DNA of 63,703 bases, the filler included, from Atractiella rhizophila (Eukaryota), in assembly GCA_021432655.1 (NCBI GenBank). It is 4 parts of 3 records of this genome, joined end to end, with 100 filler letters (N's around TTAATTAATTAA, not from the genome) between each part and the next. Parts side by side here need not be neighbours in the genome. Positions count along the whole stretch, not along the records: positions 1 to 27,407 come from MU271475.1; 3 more parts are not named here. The stretch is one strand, 5' to 3'. The number at the start of each line of letters is the position of its first letter. Within the stretch, counting starts at the first letter, position 1. The position numbers and the translations under genes are program-made. Below are positions 1 to 11,862 of the stretch, one piece after another. The notes under the pieces are model-generated. The model ran no database searches and had not been told where the DNA came from. It saw only the letters and a list, made by a program, of their open reading frames with translations.

Positions 1-474
1 TAAGTCGCGTGAATAAAATCACAACCCTGCCCGCACCTTCCCGTGCCTTTTAGTCCACGATTGTAGGTCTGTGCATCTATTTCTGTTCGGCGAAGAGTGA
101 ACGTCAGCTCTATTATGGTGATTGATCCATGCCGTTGCTCCTATCTCTGCCGGTTGGCTTCGTCGTCTCTCACTGTGTCTTGCATTCATTCGCCCGTTCG
201 GCTCACGTAACTCGCTGAAATGCTCGCTTTTTGCACATCTGAACCTGATCGAAGCGCGCGAGCTCTACTACAGCCGTACTTACTTCTTCCTGAGTATCAC
301 CACACGCCACGGGCACCGACATTTCGATGTCGTCGAGAGCCGTTGAGGATTGGCAGGACCAACTAAAGTGGAGGATCCGAGTTCGGGTGATGTGTCTTTA
401 AAAAGGGTTCTTTGCTCTGTTTTGCGGGAAGTGGGGACTGCAATATTTAGCAGCTTGCAGTGTCGAGTATAAGA

Positions 475-1671
475 ATGGCGGGACTCGTGTATGTCATTAC
501 TGGAGCATCTCGTGGTATTGGGTAAGCTTTGTTCTCTTGGGCTTCTGTGACTTCGCTCACTCGCCTTCTCTTTCACCCATGAAGATTTGAATTCGTCGCT
601 CAAGCATCTTCAATTGCAACAAACAAAATTTTCGCTCTCTGTCGCAATCCTGACAAAGCCGACAAGTTGGCTGCGCTTGCGAAAGACAGAAAAAACGTGA
701 CTGTGCTGAAAGGAGATGTGGACGATAAAGCTTCCATCATCTCTGCTAGGGAATCTGTGGAAAAAATTTTGGGGGAGAGAGGAGTGGACATCTTGATTAA
801 CAAGTGGGCTCTCACCCAGTTCTGAAGTGCTGATCCACTAATACTTAAATTCGGGAAACAGTGCTGCCATCACAATGCCTGGAGGAGCTTACGCAACAAG
901 AGAAATGCTCCTTCACACATCTTTCAGCTCTGTTGATGAACAGGGATTTATCGATGTGGTACGTCGACCATATTCCTAAAGCTCCCGTTCGATCCGATCA
1001 TCCACAGTTCCGAACGAATGTCGTCGGTGTCCTTATCACGACTAATGCTTTTATTCCTTTGATCAAGAAAGGGAACGAAAAGAAGATAATCAATATCTCT
1101 TCTTTTACCGGCTCTATTGAGCTGAGCAAAGGGCCTCGTAGCATCGACTTGTTTAAAGTTGGTGCTGGAGCCGGATATGTGGTTAGCAAAGCTGGTGAGA
1201 AACTTGTTTCCAACCTTGGTTAGTCTCATTGACGGACTGGGAAGCTCTCAACATGGCCACAAGGAAATATGCTGTTGAATTGGAAAAGGACGGCATCGTT
1301 GTCCTTGGTCTCTGCGTGCCCTGTTTCATCGTGCTACCTAGGTTTTTAGGCTAACAGTTTCCTTGTAGCCTGTGAGTTTAGTGGATCGCTCGATCTTTCA
1401 TTGACCAAATTTGCGCGAAGGGGCTCGTAAAAACAGATATGTGAGCCTTGAACTGTTTTTCTTCATGCTCTGGGACTGAGCCTGCATACAGAGGAACCGA
1501 TGCCGTTTGTTTTCCGCTCTTCTCACCATGTCCTCGAGCTCACGTGTCGATTAGGCACCGCATACTCCAGAAACCTCTGTTGGAAAAATGATGGAAAAAA
1601 TCGCAAGCGTTGGATTAGAGGAAACGGGAATCCTTTGGGATGCCATTCCCGGTGCTCTCGTTCCATTTTGA
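475..1671 (+). CDS. Short-chain dehydrogenase/reductase, C-factor (CsgA)-like; multi-exon
   Basis: Spliced reading gives MAGLVYVITGASRGIG (Rossmann TGxxxGIG), DILINNAA, FRTNVVG, catalytic YVVSK, LCPGLVKTD and ends GALVPF*. GT-AG introns are ~50 nt. Confidence 0.9.
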
Positions 1672-2313
1672 GGATGAGTTCAGCAATGGAGGCAAACTGA
1701 CTGTTTATGTGGTCCATATCACGATAAGAATAATCGATGTAATATGGATGAAATAACAAGTGTGGATTACTGAATGACACGACTGGTCTAAGAAGCAAGG
1801 ACAATGGATGAGGGAGAAAGGAGACAAGAAAGTCTGGAGCCACTCCTTCCTGATCCAGCCTCTCACTCTTCGAGGCAAATATTTATCCTTGAGTCTGTAT
1901 CACTTGAACGGATGTTAGGTATTAAGTGCATAGTTTATTTAATAGGCTTTTCCATACATTCATCGTAGAGAGAGAGGCGTTTGATACTCTCGTCAATAGT
2001 TTGCGGAAAGGTGGCAGTTTCCTATTCTTGAGCTCTTCAAGACCCAAATGGGTATGATTCTCACGGAATACCACGGTTGATGATCGTCTGGATTGGGTTT
2101 GAAATAATCTGACCGCTTAGCAATTTTGTGCTTGTTCAAAAGTAGCTCTTGATATATGCTAAAGCGATCCTTCAACCTGAGTTATTGCAATGAAGAGGAA
2201 GGTATACCGCCGGCTAGCATTTCGAACTTGAACAAGCTTGAGGTCTTTTTGTCTCTCACACTTTGTCCAGCTAAGCTAAAATGAGTTGGCGGCGTGATGT
2301 CAATTCAAGCTGA

Positions 2314-2922
2314 TCAACAGTCGAGCTTCACCTCTGTCTCGCCAACTACATCTTTAAGCTCCTTTCAAGTAAGCCTTTCAGTGTCGATTCATCACGTGGA
2401 TAAAACCACATCTGCTCCTTCGCGTCATAGGAGTATCGCTTTGGTCCACTATTGCGCTATCACAATTGCTCAGCCACGTAACGCGAGACTCCAAGCAGTA
2501 ACGGAACGGAGAAACAAACTGACCTCACAGGACTTGAGAGCCATATCTCTTGTTTGGCGGACTGCTTCAGACGTAGGTAAAAGAAGATCTCACCGAATGC
2601 TCGACCTCCTTGTTGCTCGACCAGCCTCTCCAGACTTTCAGTCAATGAATACATTGTCCCATCAGAAATACCGTAATATTCGCGTTCCGACAGACTCCTG
2701 TTCTGCACAATGCAACCACAACCAGTAAGCTCTCTCTCCTCCAAACACGGTCTCAAACAAAAGCATGAACGCGTGGCACACGAACGCTTTCTCGTACCAG
2801 GGTACCGGAGAGCTAGTACACAATCTGGTTTGAAACTTGGTATGTGGGAGGAGGAGAGGGTTTGGGTTTTGCTGGGAACCAAAGGGCCGCAGGCGCCGTG
2901 CACGTCTTGATAATGGTAACAT
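2314..2922 (-). pseudogene. YFH1: Frataxin homolog with internal deletion and indels (pseudogene or assembly error)
   Basis: Arg-rich presequence MLPLSRRARRLRPF, helix SLSEREYYGISDGTMYSLTESLERLVE, then IWLSSPVS/GPKRYSYD...WFYPRDESTLKGLLE. The SGVLTL beta-strand segment is absent and the KQPPNKQ motif carries indels. Confidence 0.75.
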
Positions 2923-3081
2923 CGTTGTTTAGTCCTTGCGTTTAACACGGTCACAGGGACACGCGAATAGAGCTCAGGTAACTTAATGAGTCACGAACGG
3001 CACGTGCACCTTCGCGCCTACTGCGAAAGGACGAAAACAAGACCAACAACTTGAAATCAGCAGTCCAGAATACCAACAATC

Positions 3082-6000
3082 ATGTCTTTCGATCCGCGTG
3101 TACAACTCTGGGGGGCACTTCAAGCACTGCGTCAGGAACTACAGCCTCTTCAGGAGGCCCGGGACGAGTGGCTCGAACAATACCTTGGTGACGCGAAGAG
3201 GTTGGCGAGAAGTAGCGCGAAGGAAGCTTGGGAAGCTAAGAAGAAGAATGGGAAAGCAAGGAAAAGAGATATGAGTCCCATCAAGTACGTTGATCCACTT
3301 GTTATTTGTATTTTGGGGTTGAGTGCGTTCCCGTTTGGGATAGGACTTTGGAGGTCCTCAAATCTCCTATGAAGCAATCTCGCTCGCCTACGAAAGTGAA
3401 GTCGAAACCCCTTCTCTTCTCTCCTGGCCCAATGACATTCTTCAACACTAAAAGCGCCAACTCAAACGCGAATGACAAGGAAAACCAGCTCTCTCCATCT
3501 CGCGGAAAGGACATATTTTCCTTCGCTCCCGTCCCACATCAACCCCCATCTGGAGCCGGCAACGCAGCTTCAGATTTCTCTTTCTCCTACTACTTCTCCG
3601 CCAACGGCTCGCCGGCTAAATCGCAGATCCACGCTCCATCTTCTCCCGTGAAGGCACAATCTAAGGAAAGGGAGCTCAGTGCTATCAGGGAAGAATCAGT
3701 TACGCCGAGACAGCTCTCTCCGCCCCCGAAATTTATCCTTGATGCTTCATTGAAACGACCGGCTTTCAAACCATCGTCTCCTTCCCCTAGACCGAAATCT
3801 CCTCCTCCAGCCCAGCAAAACGAAAGGGAGGATAACAAAAAACGTCCACTCTCATCTCCTACCAAATCTCCAGCGAGGCAGAGGGTCAAAAGGGATGTTA
3901 ATGCGTCGGGCAATGAGAAGAAAAAGAAAGATGAGGAAGAGCTGGAAAGGATCAGGAGTCTCGTCATGCTGATCCAGGAAGATAATAGCTCACCTGTCAA
4001 GACGGGGATGGGTGGATTGGAAAGTGTAGAGGAAGAACCTTCGAGAGAGGAGAGCGTGAAGGATGTCCTGCCTGAAGCAATCCACAGGGAGGAAGTACGC
4101 ATGCCAACCCTGCCCAGAGCTTCTGCGTCACTTGCACCTGTGAGATCGAATTCTAAGAAAGATCTCGTCGCTTCGTCCCCTGCGAAGGACTCGTCCGCTG
4201 CTTCGTCACTTTCCAAGAAGAATCAGGCTCCGTTGCTGACTTCAAACCCCTTGTCGCTATCGAAGAAGGATCCTATCTTTTCCCCCGCTCCCGCTCCGGC
4301 CTCCGCCAGTGACCTTGCGCCAGCGAAGCTGCAGAAAGAGGCTATGCTGATCGATTTCTCAGTTATGACGGACAAGCTTGCGGACGATGATATTCCTTTA
4401 GCATCTACCGAGATACCAGACGACGAGTTATCGGTCTTCGACTCACCGCTCAAATTTACGACCTACGTTCCCTCGAAGGATGAAGTTGAAGAGGAGGAAG
4501 AAGAATTCGACGTTCCACTCAATGATCAACCTTCACGTTTACGCAATGGTAATACCGGTTCTCTGAATGCTTCCACTTCAGGTTCCAATCCCCCGACCAC
4601 GAATTTTACCGCCACCACGGATGTCACGTTGTTTTCGAACCCATCCACAGGCACACTGTCGCACACTTCTGCTTCTCAAAGGACACCAGCGAGCAAAGCG
4701 ACTCCATCGGCGAACACGAATACCACGACTACGACACCCTTTAGTAGAACAGGGATTGGGATGGGAGGAAGCCCAAAGAGTGCGTTTTTGAAGAAGATGA
4801 AGGGGAAGAAGTCCGGTCTCAGTTTGGGAGGGGTGAGTGGGGTTGGAGGAAGCAGTAGATGGAGCGAGGTGAGAGGAAAGAAGAGTCTAGTTGCGCCGGC
4901 GCCACAAGAGGAGACAAAGAAGGAAGCGCAGAAGGTAGAAATGGTAGAGCAGACGATGACGGATGCTACGACCACTGGAGAGCCGGAATCTGAATTGCAG
5001 ACGGAAGGGAGGACGGAGCCTTTGCGTCCTACGGCCTCTAAGGAGTGGGAGAGAGACGAGGACGAAGCCGAATCTCAGGAGCAACCTGCATGGGAATCTC
5101 AGGCAGTTTCTCAGGAACCAGTACCTGAAGAGCTTGCAGGGGGTCCCGCTTCAGCTTTAGCATCAGAGGTGCTAATCCCTCAAATTGAGAATGAGAAGAA
5201 TGGTGCGAGTCCGTTCCGTCTGCAGCATGGCACTAACTCTGTACCCACAGAGGAGCAGCTTCAGGTTGAAAGCAATAACTCCAACGCCTCTGAAGTGCAT
5301 GCCGACCCTCCTCTGACAGTCGAACCTCAACCTCAGCCTTCGCCAATAGTGCCCTCATCCCAACAATCTATTCCGATTTCGAATTCTCAACCCATTCCTA
5401 CTCAGTCAACAGTTTACTACGACGCGTCTTCCCAACCTCCTTCTCAGGCACAACCAGTACGTGAGCTGAAGAGAAAGTCTTCAGTCAGTGATTTGAGAGC
5501 TGGTCTCGGGCTTGGGGTTGGGGCGAAAGCTTTGAAGGGAGAGGGTGGAAAAAGGGAGTCCGTCAAATACGCAGGTCTCTTGGACACCATTCTCGCTTTG
5601 AAGGGAAATGCGAGACCCTCTCAGTTGCCCTCTTCCAACAGCAGTCAGGCGAGCCAGATTCTCCACTTAGTCAAGAAACCGAAGGACGCGGAAAAGCCTG
5701 CGATTAGGGGAGTGGAAATGATAGAGAACGAGGCTGTGGAAGAGAAGAAGGTGGAGACTGAGATAAAATCTGAGACAGTAGGACAACAGTTTTTCGAGGA
5801 GAAGCAAGTCAACCTGGAGGACGATATTTCTCAGGCGGAAGCTATGGAGGAAGACTTGGATGCGGAAGGAGACGTCGATCTTGATATGGCGATCGAGGCA
5901 AAAGAAATAGTGAAATCGCCCCGGCTGGTGGAAAAGGAGGTGACAGAAGTTATGGAGATGCACACGAATGTCGCTGTGAATGTTCCTCCTCCAATGGCCC

Positions 6001-8008
6001 GTCCTGCTCCTCCTGGTCGCAGCTCCTCAGTTAAGGATCTAGTTAAGGCTTTCGAAGCGGAGAAGAGAGATGTCATCTTCAGCAACCCTTTCGGCAGTCG
6101 TCCCGGGTCTCCGATCATTCCTTCGTTCGATCGGTTCGGGTCAACACCTTCCAACAGTCGCCCTGCCTCGCCCTCGCGTGCCTTCACTGAGAAGCTCCTT
6201 TCAACGACCACCCCTCCTGGTTCTCCTCCCATCAAAGTGAACAGGACTGTTTCCATCGAAGAGGTGTTAGGCGTTGTCACTGAAGAGCCATCGCGAGAGG
6301 AGAGAGGAGACGACGTAGAAGGCGATAGCGGTGACCAGATTGCCGTTGGGCAAATGGAGGGCACAGGAGAGTTTGTAGATGCTGAGGAACCGCTCCGGAT
6401 GGATGATACGCCCGAATTTCTCGATGTGGAGGAGCCATTGAACATAGATGTGGAAGACGCTATTCCATTGACCGAAGAAGAGATGAAGGATGTTCTTTCT
6501 CATGTTGATGAAGAGAGCGAATACCAAAGCGCTCGTAGCTCTAAGGCACCAACAATCTCTGGCGGATTCATACAGTCTGTGCGCGAACAACAAGTCACCG
6601 TCATTGACCAGATGGTGAACGAGGTATGTTCTTGCGAGTTAGTATACGGTTTGCTGAGGGCAGGTTGTAGAAGGAAGCAGTTATGACAGAGCTTCCATCG
6701 GCCTCTTCCTCAGCGTTTGGCATGATATCACAGGCGGCTTCCATGATCGCTAAGCCGTTCACTTCAGCCCCGGCTCAGAAGATGAGTAAAGGTCCTGAAT
6801 TGAAGAGTCTGCAACTGGCTGCAGCCGCTGCCAAGAAAGCACGTCTATCTCTTTCCCGGATACCTTCCGACTGACGTTCATTATTTCTTCAGGAACAACT
6901 AGAGAGGGAGCGTAAAGCTGCTTTGAAGGAAGAACGAGAGAGGAAGCATGCTGAAGAGAAACAGAAGCTCGAAGAGAAGAGGGTTGAAACGGACAAGCGA
7001 AAGAAGGACGATCCAACACCTGCCAAAGCCATTCGCGTCCTGCCCAAGGTCAAAGTATGTTCTTGGTTTCATCAATTTTTATTGCTGATGAACTGCGTTA
7101 GGATGATATGACGGCTGAAGTGGAGGTCAAGGCCGCTGTCGTAAAAAAACAGAGCGCTGCTCGCGTCATTCGACCTGTAAGTTGTTTCGTTTCCAAAAGT
7201 TGACACGTCCGTTCCTCATCTCTGTCTCCTTTAGCCGCAAGCATCCACAGGAGCAAATGTGGGCACTTCGATTCCACGCGCAATTCATCAAGCTTCTCAA
7301 GATGCTGGACCTTCCGTTCTTTCACAGTCTATGAAAGCGCTTCCTTCACCGACCAAAATGTCAAAAGCTTCCGTCCAAGGCAAGATGTCTAGAACTGGTC
7401 TCAACGCTGGAACAGCTGCAACGTCAATGATTGGGCCATCTGGGTTACCAGTTCCTTCCATGAACAAAGCGGGACCCTCCAAGTTGATGGCTAGTGCCTC
7501 CAAGTCGTCTCAGAAACTGCAAGTTCCTCCAGCAACGTCAAAACAGACACCAAAGACTCCAAAAGGGCTATCTAAGCAGGAGGAGCGGCCTATCGAATTG
7601 CCCGAGCCCGACAGCGAGTACGTTGCATGTTTTGTGTCTGGATAATAACCTGGGCTTATCCTTACGACCGTAGATATTCGGACTCCGATTCTGAAGCCCA
7701 TCACAAGAAGATGGCAGCACTGCCGGATTGGGCACAATCCCCAAATCTTCGTAAGGCTCTGTTGGCTCAAGGGGAGGGTGGCCCGAATCCAGACGTGCTC
7801 TTTGGTCCCATTGAGCCATTGAGAATGGAAGGTGCGCTTGTCCTTTGTTTTTAATTCTGTCCAGTTACTCAAAGCTTTCGAAGAATTGTTCCGCACACGA
7901 ACGTCGCAGTTCAAGGTCAGATCGAGTTCTGCCAACTGGCACGCAGGAGATGGTTTGACGCAGAAAGAAGCGGAAGAGTATGCAAAGAAGATGGGATATA
8001 AGTCGTGA
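3082..8008 (+). CDS. INCENP: Inner centromere protein (INCENP/Pic1/Sli15-like), chromosomal passenger complex
   Basis: Long S/P/E-rich disordered body and a charged coiled coil. The C-terminal IN box reads IELPEPDSEYSDSD..LPDWAQSPNLRKALLAQ..NPDVLFGPIEPLRMEELF..RSSSANW..DGLT..EEYAKKMGY. Confidence 0.9.
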
Positions 8009-8239
8009 TGAATTTACATTGCCATGGTCTTTCGCCTACCCTCCATCTACGTGTTTATGCCGAACAGCATGAATTAAGCCATAAGCCTATGTGACTATGT
8101 CGTATGCGTGCTGGTGAAATGTATATTTTGATTCAGAAAACTATCCATAATCCTAATTATACACCAGCACAAGAGTCCATTTCACAACTAGAACCAAAAA
8201 AGGTTAAAAAGAAAGAGGAGAAAACGGTAAGGACAGTGT

Positions 8240-9815
8240 TCAAGCTCTGTGCTCCATCTCATGCTTCTGCTCAACAGTCCTTGGTGCTCTCCCAAGGAAA
8301 GTTCGAGGGGAGAGAAAGATGCCGATGAGATAAGCAGCTACCTCAACACCCAAAAGAACATAGAAGACGATTTCAACACCTTTCGGAGCTGTCATGCCTT
8401 CTGAGCCCTCATTCTCCCATTCCTCCATTCCAGTTCGCACTTGAGAATAACCTAAGCCGGTCAGAACGATACCAACGAAGACATGCACCCAACGAAGGGG
8501 ACTGCGATTCGAACCAGGCGGTGATTTGATGTGGTGCGCAACTAGACCGATGATGCCTTGCAACAGCGTAATGACGAAAATGGCATAACCAATTTTCTGC
8601 TCAGAGTCTTAGTTCTAATATCGAGTGGTGAGGCGATGCAAACTCACGTGATGTGTATGTTTCTTATCAGAACCAGTAGCTACTTCGGCTAACGCAAAAG
8701 CAATGATTACGAAAATGGCTGTAAGGATCTGAAGGGCTCGATGGATGGGCAGCCACTTATGAGACCTGAAGTATCGTCCAAACAGAATGGCTGCTGGAGA
8801 GATTATCATGAAAGCCACGCCTCCAAAAACAGCTGGGCCAGTTGTGAGTTCGAGGGAAATCTCTATAGGGAAAGAAGCGACGGACCATGAGATACTATCA
8901 GCTTGTTGTGGCGAGTCCAGCCAGCAGTGACGACTTGAGGTTCGTTACTGCCACCGCCATTGCCAGACCCTCCAGACCCTCCAGAACCGCCGGATCCACC
9001 AGATCCACCTCCACTTCCGTTTCCAGAGGATTCAGGGACATAGGCCTTGGACAAATCAGCTGATGCCGTTCCTTGATCGACGTGTTCAACGAGATCGCCG
9101 CTTGACCCAGGATTCTGTGATCCATACGTGTAGAGAAGATTCTGACCAGCCTCTCTCGCAATCGTAACGTGCTGGGAAGTTGTACCGTAGCTTGCGACAT
9201 TTGCGAAAGAAAGGGGACGAATGAAAGAGACGGCGGTCCAAGAAGTCCCAGAGGTTGAATTAGTCGACAGCGAAGGGACCACGCTGTACAAGCCCACGGA
9301 AGAAGTTATTACAGATGGAAGGACGTGTTGGGCTGGTTGACGATGTGAAATCGTCCAGGTGTCGTCATCATTGGGCCAAATAGCATACAAATCTCCATTG
9401 CTCATTCCAGTTCCTGTCTCCACATCAGAAATGGGGTTTTCACGCGGAATCGTCTAAGACGCACCGATGCCATGACCCATCCATCCTACTCGATCCCTCG
9501 TCGCGTCCGTCTTATTCAGGGTGACTGAACACAATTCAGCTCAGTTCAGGATCTCAGTAATGATTAAAAGAAACTGCTCACTAAGAACGTGCGACGTGTT
9601 TGCTACAAAGGAAGCAGTGTACTGCCTAAATCGAACAGTTGCGCTGGTTAACGACGTGAGGTCGTTTCGTGAATTAGGGAAGACGGAGGCGACATCTGGA
9701 CAATATCCATGGGTCGACGTTATACTCGAAAGGCAAAATACGAACCCGCATCGCTCAAGGCCGCATGCGCTGCGAATGGGAGAGCAAGCGCAAGAAATGT
9801 TGCACAGGTCTTCAT
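8240..9815 (-). CDS. Signal-peptide DOMON (CDH cytochrome-like) plus cytochrome b561 membrane protein
   Basis: Signal peptide MKTCATFLALALPFAAHA. DOMON motif GTGMSNGDLYAIWPN..WTISHR and a GGSG linker. TM helices carry His ligands (IVSH, WLPIHRALQ, HTHH, RWVHVFVG). Confidence 0.85.
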
Positions 9816-11260
9816 TATGGCTAAAGACAGTGAAAGTAGAAGGGAAAAAGAGTAGTAGGGAGTAAGAGGAAAAGCAGAGCCACGACCTGCTCTTTTATGT
9901 GCGCGTACTGATCGGATTGAGCCCAGGGACAAGGGCCCGCCAGTTCGAGTCGAACACAAAACGAATAGAGTTCCAAAGGGATCCAAAAGATGCAGGGCGA
10001 TCGACCGCGACGCTAATGGAAAAGAAGTGATTGGCGGAGTGGAGAGCAAGGATCATTCAGGAGACCTCCTCAAACCGACATCATCCCTGATAAAGCACAT
10101 CGCCCGCATGGGTTTGGGATGTCTGCGCGAATGAATGTCCGAACGGTAAACATGCGCGTTCAATCTCCCTCCGCCTGGTGCAATATAATGAACAAATGTT
10201 AGTCCCGTCTTGACTGGTTTTGCATTGTTTCTAAGCATCGAACCACTTCGGAGGAAGCCGTCGGTAATGTATGTTCTTGGCTGGTCAATTATGACCTTTG
10301 CCGAATATCGCGAACCAATGTTCGCTGGTACATGACGAGCGCCACAAGGCCCAGGTCAGCAGAAAAGCTAGTACCGAAAACCAAGGCACGACACAGAGAT
10401 GCTCGAATGCATCCGTCAGGGAACATTCCTCTAACGAATGCCTTGAATCAGACCACTTCAACTTCCCTCGGCTTTGGAACACAGTGTGCCTGTGATCCCG
10501 CACCTGACAAGCGTTTCAAGTTCGCGAAGCACAATGAGGAGCGTAAAAGCCGTTCTCCAGCCCCGATTGAATTGTTCATTATCAACATTGGCGAAATAGC
10601 AAGGCGTACTTAATTAGCATCGTCCGACTGCGCAACAGGGTTTGCGGTTGGCGTGCGCGGGCAAGTAATCCCCTGAGCCTAAGTTTGTCGTGATGACATA
10701 TTATATCGAATTATCTCATTGAGAGGCGCGCGTGAAGTGTGAAGCCGAGACCATCACGTTGCCGTTTTAGCGAAGCAATAAGCAACGACAAGAGAATAAG
10801 GACCTCTCCGGCTAGCGGAAGAGCTTGGGGAGGTGGGAGGCATCCAATCACGCCAGTTAAAATCTCGGGTGGTTCAGTGGTTCAGCGGAACATAATGCGA
10901 AGATAGAAATGTCTTTCCTCCCTGAGCTGCAAATGCAGGCAGCTGAAGCGGGAAGAATGATTTGATGAACACATTTAGGTAACGTTTCATATTTTCGTCT
11001 GGCTCCACCGGCACAAGGAATGGTGAGAGGAGGCACACCTTTCATATGGGATACCACAATTAGCTCTCATGCCTTCTTTATCCTTCCTGTCACTTCTCTA
11101 CCATCCCTTCAGCCTCTCAATTCACCTCAGAACTCAACTGCTCCTCACCCCACTCTGGTTTGCTTGAATCAAGATCATTCGCTGCGCGGGCTACGTGTCT
11201 GCCATCCCCTCCTCCCATGAGCAAACTCCAAGTCCTCCGGCGAATAACTGACATGAGAAA

Positions 11261-11383
11261 CTAATGAGCGACCTGTCTAGCCCGCTTGGTATTTACTTCC
11301 ACGAATTGGTAGAGCACGATGAAGATCACAGCGAAGAATCCGAGAGCATTCGCGATGTTGGTCAGAGTTCTGTCCGAAATCAT
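11261..11383 (-). CDS. OST4: Oligosaccharyltransferase small subunit OST4 (~40 aa; below ORF-track cutoff)
   Basis: Translates as MISDRTLTNIANALGFFAVIFIVLYQFVEVNTKRARQVAH*, matching the OST4 pattern MI(S/T)DxxL..(F/I)AN.LG....LIVLYH(Y/F)V.VN. A GTAAGC...TGCAG intron lies just upstream of the ATG. Confidence 0.88.
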   Translation of the reverse strand: MISDRTLTNIANALGFFAVIFIVLYQFVEVNTKRARQVAH

Positions 11384-11624
11384 TTTCAAGGCTGCAATAC
11401 AGAATCAGTCACTCTGTCTTCTCTAGGTTCGATGGCGAGAGCTTACAATGGACCCAGATAGGGCTTCTAGGAAGGTGTATATTATCAGTTCGTCGTTTTC
11501 TGGTTTGCGCCGGAGTGCAAAAGAATGCGACATGGTCTCTAGAGTCACGTGAAATTTCCCTCAGAAATAGCCGCGCTTTTTCGTTTTCGGAGAACGCTAA
11601 GAGGAGCGCTCATGACATTGGTGG

Positions 11625-11662
11625 CAGACGTGATGAGTAAGACCAGACGTGATGAGTAAGAC
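11625..11662. repeat. Perfect 19-bp tandem duplication (CAGACGTGATGAGTAAGAC x2)
   Basis: Read directly; lies between the CHC1 stop and the OST4 start. Confidence 0.9.
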
Positions 11663-11862
11663 ATCAATTGCAGTCAAAGATCTCACTAGTGTATCAAAGG
11701 TCCAACAACTCTGAAAGAACTAAAAAGAATCCATATGAACATACGCAGATGTAGTAAATTTTCATGCAGTCCCCCGTCCTCCACTTCTCACCCATTCATT
11801 CCTCACCATCGTCTGTCGTCATGAAGCTGTCGTTGCGATACTGAAAGTAACGAGCGGACTGA

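Noticed and set aside
122..346. 74-aa ORF and GAACCTGATC (TPP riboswitch-like word) near 241
   Set aside because: No recognisable protein motif, and the other TPP aptamer elements are missing.
2923..3081. CACGTG and CGCG words in the 159-bp divergent frataxin/INCENP spacer as cell-cycle elements
   Set aside because: Short motifs expected by chance; no exact clustered MCB sites.
3590..6593. Antisense ORFs of up to 208 aa over INCENP, and similar ones over CHC1 and 43653-47108
   Set aside because: Shadow frames of long coding exons.
8950..9020. GGSGGSGG repeat
   Set aside because: Ordinary low-complexity linker between the DOMON and cytochrome b561 domains.
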